Positions 57,791-64,000 of a DNA stretch of 64,000 bases are shown here, in pieces. The position numbers and the translations under genes were made by a program. The notes under the pieces were generated by a model. It made no database searches and had not been told where the DNA came from. It worked only from the letters and a program-made list of their open reading frames with translations. How positions within the stretch are numbered: position 1 is the stretch's first letter; each line of letters opens with the position of its first letter. Origin of the DNA: the human T2T-CHM13v2.0 reference genome, Homo sapiens. The stretch is taken from assembly GCF_009914755.1 (NCBI RefSeq), contig NC_060928.1; one strand, 5' to 3'.

Positions 57791-60700
57791 CATATTTCCA
57801 CTATTCCTCTTTTTATCCAGAACAAACTGACTCAGTGACCCAGACATTTCCCTACTTATTTTGTGGGGAAGGGAGGGAGTCTTGTTTCAAAGGAGACATG
57901 GAAAGCACTCTGTTGCCAAGGTTTGTCTTGCGTACCAAAAAAGATCCAGATCGGCAGGAGACATGTCAACAAGTCTGCCTTCATCATGATTTCTGCTAAC
58001 TATGAAATGAAAGTTAATTTCATGCCTCGCATTCGCAGACAAAAAGGTTCAGAGCTGTTTAAATTCTCTTCAGCCCAATGACAGTTAGTAAACAGGAGAC
58101 TTCGTGTTCTAATGCTTGAAATCACCCTTCGTATCTCAATATATTATTTATGCACTCAGCTTAAAATAAACAGCAACTCCGAAGTAGGTGAGTGGTCTCA
58201 TTTAGTACAAATTTTTTTCACTCTGACAGTTACTTTAAAACATGGGTAAACAACCTTAATTCACTTCTAACGAATTAGTAGGCTACTGCTGTGTCTACAG
58301 GAGGCAAGCAGATTGTATTATTAACCAAAACAACTTTCTTCCTGTCAATCGTCTGCACCTCACAGGGGGATGTGGGCTTTGCTGTCTTGTTACTCAAACC
58401 AATCCATGGGCACACGTGATTCCAGACGATTTCTTCAGAGGTCATTGTCTTCCGAAACTTTGATTAGATCTCTGGACTCTGAGATGCAGAATGGGGCCTG
58501 GAGAAGATAGATTCTCAGTGCTGCTTGTTAAGAAAGATATAGACAGATAAGAACTTTTCCAGAGGGGTAAAGAGTTTTGGAAATCATGGAAATGAGCTCT
58601 AGTTGTTGAAAGAACTGAAGGTGACAAAAAGACCACTGTAGGGAGATGCAGTAAGTGTTACTAAATATTTGAAATGTGTCATTTTGTAAGAGGAACACTT
58701 GTTCATTGTAGGGATGAATAGGACAAGTAGAACCCAAGGCAGAGATACATCGAGGTTGGATTTATGTTTAACTTGAGAAGGAATTCTCTAACTGTCAGAG
58801 TTGCCTTTTTAGGTTGTAGACTTTCTGCCTCTAGAGGTTCTCAGGCTCCAGTCAGGTGGAACCCTTAGAACTGGCCAACAAATAGGGCTAGATGAGACAT
58901 ATAAGACCCTTGCAGACTTAGATCCTACAGCTGCATGAATCCAAGGATTACTCACTAAAATAAGCTTCAATAAGCAGTCCTAATCTTAAATTTCTCTATG
59001 ATCGATTTTAAAGGGTGACAGCCACCTTTTAAAAGAGAAAAAATGTCAAACCATGGGTTAAGCACTGGGCATGTAGCTGGCCAATCTATGGTAGCACAAA
59101 CTATTCCAGGGCATTGGTTGTCCTGGCAAAATAAAAAGATGCACCAATTCAATGGAGAAAATCTACCAAAGCAGTTGCTTTGGGATTGCACAGTCTCCTC
59201 CTGCCCTTTTGCAGCCTTTGCCATTGCATGGGTAGGAAGCAATTCCCAGGTTCCCCTGGACTGTAACCTGGTTAAGAAGGGGTGATCCACACTTAGCTCA
59301 CCATTCTGGTTGGCCTCCTCCCCCTGCCCCATGTCTGCAAACACAATAATTAGCAAACTGTCTAATCAACTTTCATCCTTAACAAAATATCATTCACCTC
59401 ATGGAAACATTCATTCTCTCCCTGAAATCAACCATTTCTTTGAGACATAAAGTGACTGCTCAAAACACAAGTTAAATACAATTTTAAAAGAAAGGAAGAG
59501 AGAGTTGAGAGAAGAGAAATAAAGACACCTTATATTTATATCCATGGTTCATATAAACATTTTTACATATAATAATATACAGACATATTTAGTCCAAATT
59601 ATCTAGTAAGCATTGTTTGAATTTATATTTATGGAGGGTGGCAGGCGGAGGTGGCTTTTCAACATCTGACATATTGTCAAAACATTAGAGTTCAGAAACA
59701 TTAAATGCCTCAAAGAAGTCAGATTATCAATATCTGGGTGTGAAACTTGGTGTTACAGATTTCCTGATATGGCAAGAGCAGACATTTGGTATTTGCACTT
59801 CAGAATAACAGAAAATAACATGACAATAATGTATTATACTTACAAAGTACCCTTCATCCATGGGGCTCCAATTTTACCAATATTAGTTCACTGATTTTCG
59901 CAAAAAACCTGAAAGGCAGAGGGTAAGTTTGTGTTACCCCCACTTTGCAGATGGGGATACTGAAAGGCAATAAGGTTTTAAATTATTCGTCCATTATGGT
60001 GAGAATTCAGTAATGGGAGAACAAGAATTACCATTTTGGCCTTCCCCATCACAATGCATCTTGACTACCCATCTTTCCCAAGGGGACTGATATTTCCTAT
60101 GTCATTTTCACCACAATCTTAACATATTAAACACATTTTAGAGTAAGACAGTGATGAGTTGCAACTCCTTGTTTTTATGAGCCCAGACACCAATATTCTT
60201 TTAATACTAGAGATAAGATTGGAAAAATTCCCATATCCATTTTAAAACATGGAAGAAAAAATTAGATTGACAAAATGCAACCATCCAACTAAAATTTGGC
60301 CTGAAAATAATGTTACTACTGTTCAGTTTGTTATATACTTATGTTCACATTTCAGCATATGGACTTGTCTTTTAAAAAGATTGCAAGGAAGTCAGAATAC
60401 TTCAGAAGTAATTTCGTTAACAACATTTTTAGAAGGGTGTATTTTTAACAGTCCTTTCTAGGACATCCCATCCTTTCTACCACTCTCAGACCATTTATTC
60501 ATGCATTGAAAAAATAATCAGTATTTATTGAGTTCTTACTATGTGTAAGTTTAGAACTGTGTGTGGCTTCTTGGAGGACACAAAAATGTATATGACATAG
60601 GTCCTACCATCAAGAAACTTACAATCCTATGGTTCGATAATTTTATTACTATGACAACCACTCTAATCAAAAGCTCTACAGAAAGATCTGATAGTTTCTA

Positions 60701-60889
60701 GACATTCCTGGCAAGTCATAGACACCAATCCCAGAAAGATGGCACCTTCAGAAAATATTCCAAAAAAAGGATGAGTTTGGGTTCTGTGGATGAGCCATAC
60801 TATTTGGGATTACAGAAATACTAAAAGATGGGTCTCCTTAAAATGACTGGCCCTGAGTTTTCCCAAAGCCGATGATGTGAGGGTCACAA

Positions 60890-61094
60890 TCTCTCACTGT
60901 CTTCTCCTTACGCACCTCTGCAACAGCACTGACCCCTTCACTCATCCTCAAATACGCAAGCACATTCCCACCTCAGGAACTTTTTGCTTGGGCCAATATT
61001 GTTGCAGTATTTCTATGGCTTACTCCTTCCCTTTCATCAGATCTCTGCTTAAATACCTGCTCAGTGATGTCTCCCTGACCATCCTATTTAAAAT
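60890..61094 (+). mobile_element. L2a fragment
   Basis: cccacctcagga..., atggcttactccttccc...ctctgcttaaat...ccctgaccatcctatttaaa. Confidence 0.7.
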
Positions 61095-61300
61095 ACATTC
61101 ACATGCCACAGAACGACATTTCAGCCAACAACCAACCACATATATGAGGTGGTCCCATAACAATATAATACAGCGATATCATATTTATACTGTAACTTTT
61201 CTATGTTTAGATACAAATACTTACCATTGTGTTACAATTGCCTAAAGTATTTAGTACAGTTACATCCTAGCCTACAGGTTTGTAACCTGGGAGCAATAGT
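61095..61300 (+). mobile_element. Tigger3/Golem-family (MER7-like) fragment
   Basis: ggtggtcccataa, ttttctatgtttagatacaaatacttaccattgtgttacaattgccta, caggtttgtaacctgggagcaatag. Confidence 0.85.
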
Positions 61301-64000
61301 ATATACAGGGAATTTTTTTATGTACTGCTAAATTCTAGTGTGAAGGCACTCCACGAATATCGATTGAATTCATGAATCACAGCATTAAACTAGGTGCTCT
61401 TCCTTTTTTCTATCTTTTTACTCTTGCTGAGATACTGTTATAATTACTAATAAATGAATTTCAATACTGAATCATCATAGATTTTTTCCACCCAAAGGAA
61501 AAAATTAAAACTCCACAAAGACTCAGTGAAATGCTCCTAGAAAATATAATAAACACCTGTTGTTATCATTTTCTGTTATCTTGAGTACCAGGGTGCGAGT
61601 TGGGTGACCTGGCTTCTTGGCCAGCTCTGCTGTGAGCCCTTACCTTCTCCTCTCCCTAGGCCTTTGTTTCTCAAGAGTAAAATAAAGCTTAAGAAGCTAA
61701 TTTCCGAAGTTCCTTCTAGTTCAGAAACTAGGTGATAGGCCAAATTATATTCATGTTTTTACATTTTCTGATTTAATAGCACTTACTAAGTATAAGCTTC
61801 TCTCAAAGGTAGCAAGGTCATCATTTCATACTAAGCAAAGTAGGAATGCCGGAGGCAAGAATGTGCATGTCTGTCTACGTCTACAAGCACACCGATTTTG
61901 GACACACAACACAGTGATCACTGAAACCCTGTTCCCCCATCCTCACTCTCACACCACCAACATATGACAGACATGCAAAGAAAGATGCCACATCAGCTGT
62001 TTATGGCATCTTGAGTCACAGACACTCCACTTGGGTCTCTAAACAGATTTCTTGTTTACTTGCACATTAATAAAACTCACACCTTCGCCAGTCAGAATTT
62101 TTTCCCCGAGCATCTGAACATCCAAAGAGATTTAGAAGCAATTAACATTCACGAGTAACAGAGCAATCAACATGGGAATCGCTAATGGGACTGGACAGGA
62201 TCCAAGAGCTGATATGAGGATAATAGTGAGTCCCTGACATAAGTTATGGTGTTAATTCTGGAGGGCAGAGTCGTGGTATGTTTTCAATAGCTTTGTGGGG
62301 CTGCTGTCACAATCACATATGCCTCTCCTATACATGGTTCCTCACCCCCTACAACATGTCTTTTTTTTTTTAACTGCTATGAAAAAGATGGCATTTTTGC
62401 ACTGATATAACAGAACCTCTAGCATTAATGGTATATATTGAATCCAAGTTTATTTTTAAATTGCCTACCTGACAAAATGTTAAAATGTCATTTATTTTCC
62501 CAGTTTGGGTCTCCAGACTATCTTCACCTGTTAGCCCTTGTAGCTAGAGGCCACAAAAATAACAGCTGTGAATTTCCACCTTGACGCTTCCCCAATAAGT
62601 TTTGCCAGTTACTTGTGTGCACATGGGTTCATACATCCCACGTAAATAGGAAGACATGGGTATTCCTATTCCAACCAGCTCTATGCTTGCTTCCTTGTCA
62701 GTTTCGCTGGCCTGTTTTCATGAAGATCACAGAAATCAGCACACCACATCACCCCACCCCTTTCCACCCTACTGGGAGAGTCTCTGGGTAATAGAGAATG
62801 TTTCCATTGTTCCTCTTTCTGCCTTCCATTTTCTAGCCTTCATGTCTCATCACTACAATCCATCAAAAATGCCAATGCCAGGCAAATCTATCTCTCCCTC
62901 CCCTTGGACCACATTCTTGAATCCCTGCCCTGGCACTCCTTCTCCCTCAGCCTACAGAGCAAATGGCTCAATCTTCAGAGCCTCTGACCTCTCCAGACCC
63001 ACACACACTTCTGAATCCTCAGGACCGCTCCCTGCCCTTCTCCTCCTCCTCCTGCGTCATCTGGTTTCCCTTGGAACCAAGATACCCATCTCTGGTTACA
63101 GGACACTTTCTCTTTCTATAGGAACTCTAGGTCCCCTGCAGGCAGACTACCTGCTTTATTTCCATTTTTCACTTTGGATGTAATTCATCACAGCCAATTA
63201 TGATTTGCTTTATTCTGTGTGGTCCAACAAAATAAATGTGTTCCTAGGAAGAGCTTTTAATTTTTTCAGCTATTTTCACATTAGTCACGAGAATGTAATT
63301 GAGTAAACACCACTTTTGTGAATTGTAATATATTTCTGGTTATTTTATTTCATTCATGCTTTCTTCCGTTCCTTTCTCCTATTTGCCTATTTCTGACTAT
63401 TAAAGGGCCCCTTCTTACTTAAAGATCCAGCATGTCAATTTTTTTTCCTCCACCTCCCCACCTCCAACACACAGCCATTATGAAAGTGTATCCCTTTTTA
63501 AAGCTTCAGTTTATTCTCTGAATACAATCAGATACAGATGCACAATCTGCCTCCACCAAGCTGTGTGTGCTAAAAGCCTGTTTTGACAAAGATTTTATAC
63601 AACATAATCCAAATGAAAGGTAAGTTATCAACAGACCCATACTTAGGAATCCCTCACTGTTATCTCTGGGGCAAGCAGTTTAATATTCCCAGCGGCAGTC
63701 TCAAAGCCAGGAGATGCATGCCTAAGACCTGCCCTCCCAACCCCCACCAAGTCACCACGCACCCCGCGCCCCATAACTCCCTTCCCACCCCTAGTAGCAG
63801 CAGTGGAGGATAAAGTGCTTCTGGGCCCGTGGTAATCCAGTCAGGGCTGGGTGTGCTTCAATCTCTACCTGTCCTCAGAAAACATTTTGGCAGAATGCCT
63901 TTCAAGTACACTTTGCATTCCACACCGGGTCCTGTGCTCATTCTGGTGGTTCCGCAGAAGTGAAAGTGGCCCTGCCCAAGGAGTGGACTTCACCTGCCTT

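Noticed and set aside
62656-63183. 175-aa Pro/Ser-rich ORF
   Set aside because: C/T-rich composition, probably a decayed L2-like sequence, explains the lack of stops; no domain

Overview
Primate, most likely human, non-coding genomic DNA. I find no credible protein-coding exon, tRNA, rRNA, CpG island or CRISPR array. The supplied ORFs are Alu-, L1-, L2- or MER20-derived or chance frames. The window is a mosaic of interspersed repeats: 17 Alu elements (15 in the first 31.5 kb, 2 after), L1 3' fragments, many MIR and L2 relics, an LTR33-like LTR, DNA-transposon relics (MER20 x2, MER5, Tigger3-like, MER104-like, MER96-like) and microsatellites. Unique blocks between them carry enhancer-like motif clusters (NF-kB, AP-1/NF-E2, GATA, ETS, E-box, homeobox). 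Several splice-site-bounded segments could belong to a spliced lncRNA on the + strand. I could not identify the locus. Repeat families were assigned by eye from remembered consensus sequences, and the edges of old repeats are approximate. I see no evidence of a novel biological system. The best leads are the candidate non-coding exons, the candidate enhancers, and a few structurally unusual Alu insertions.
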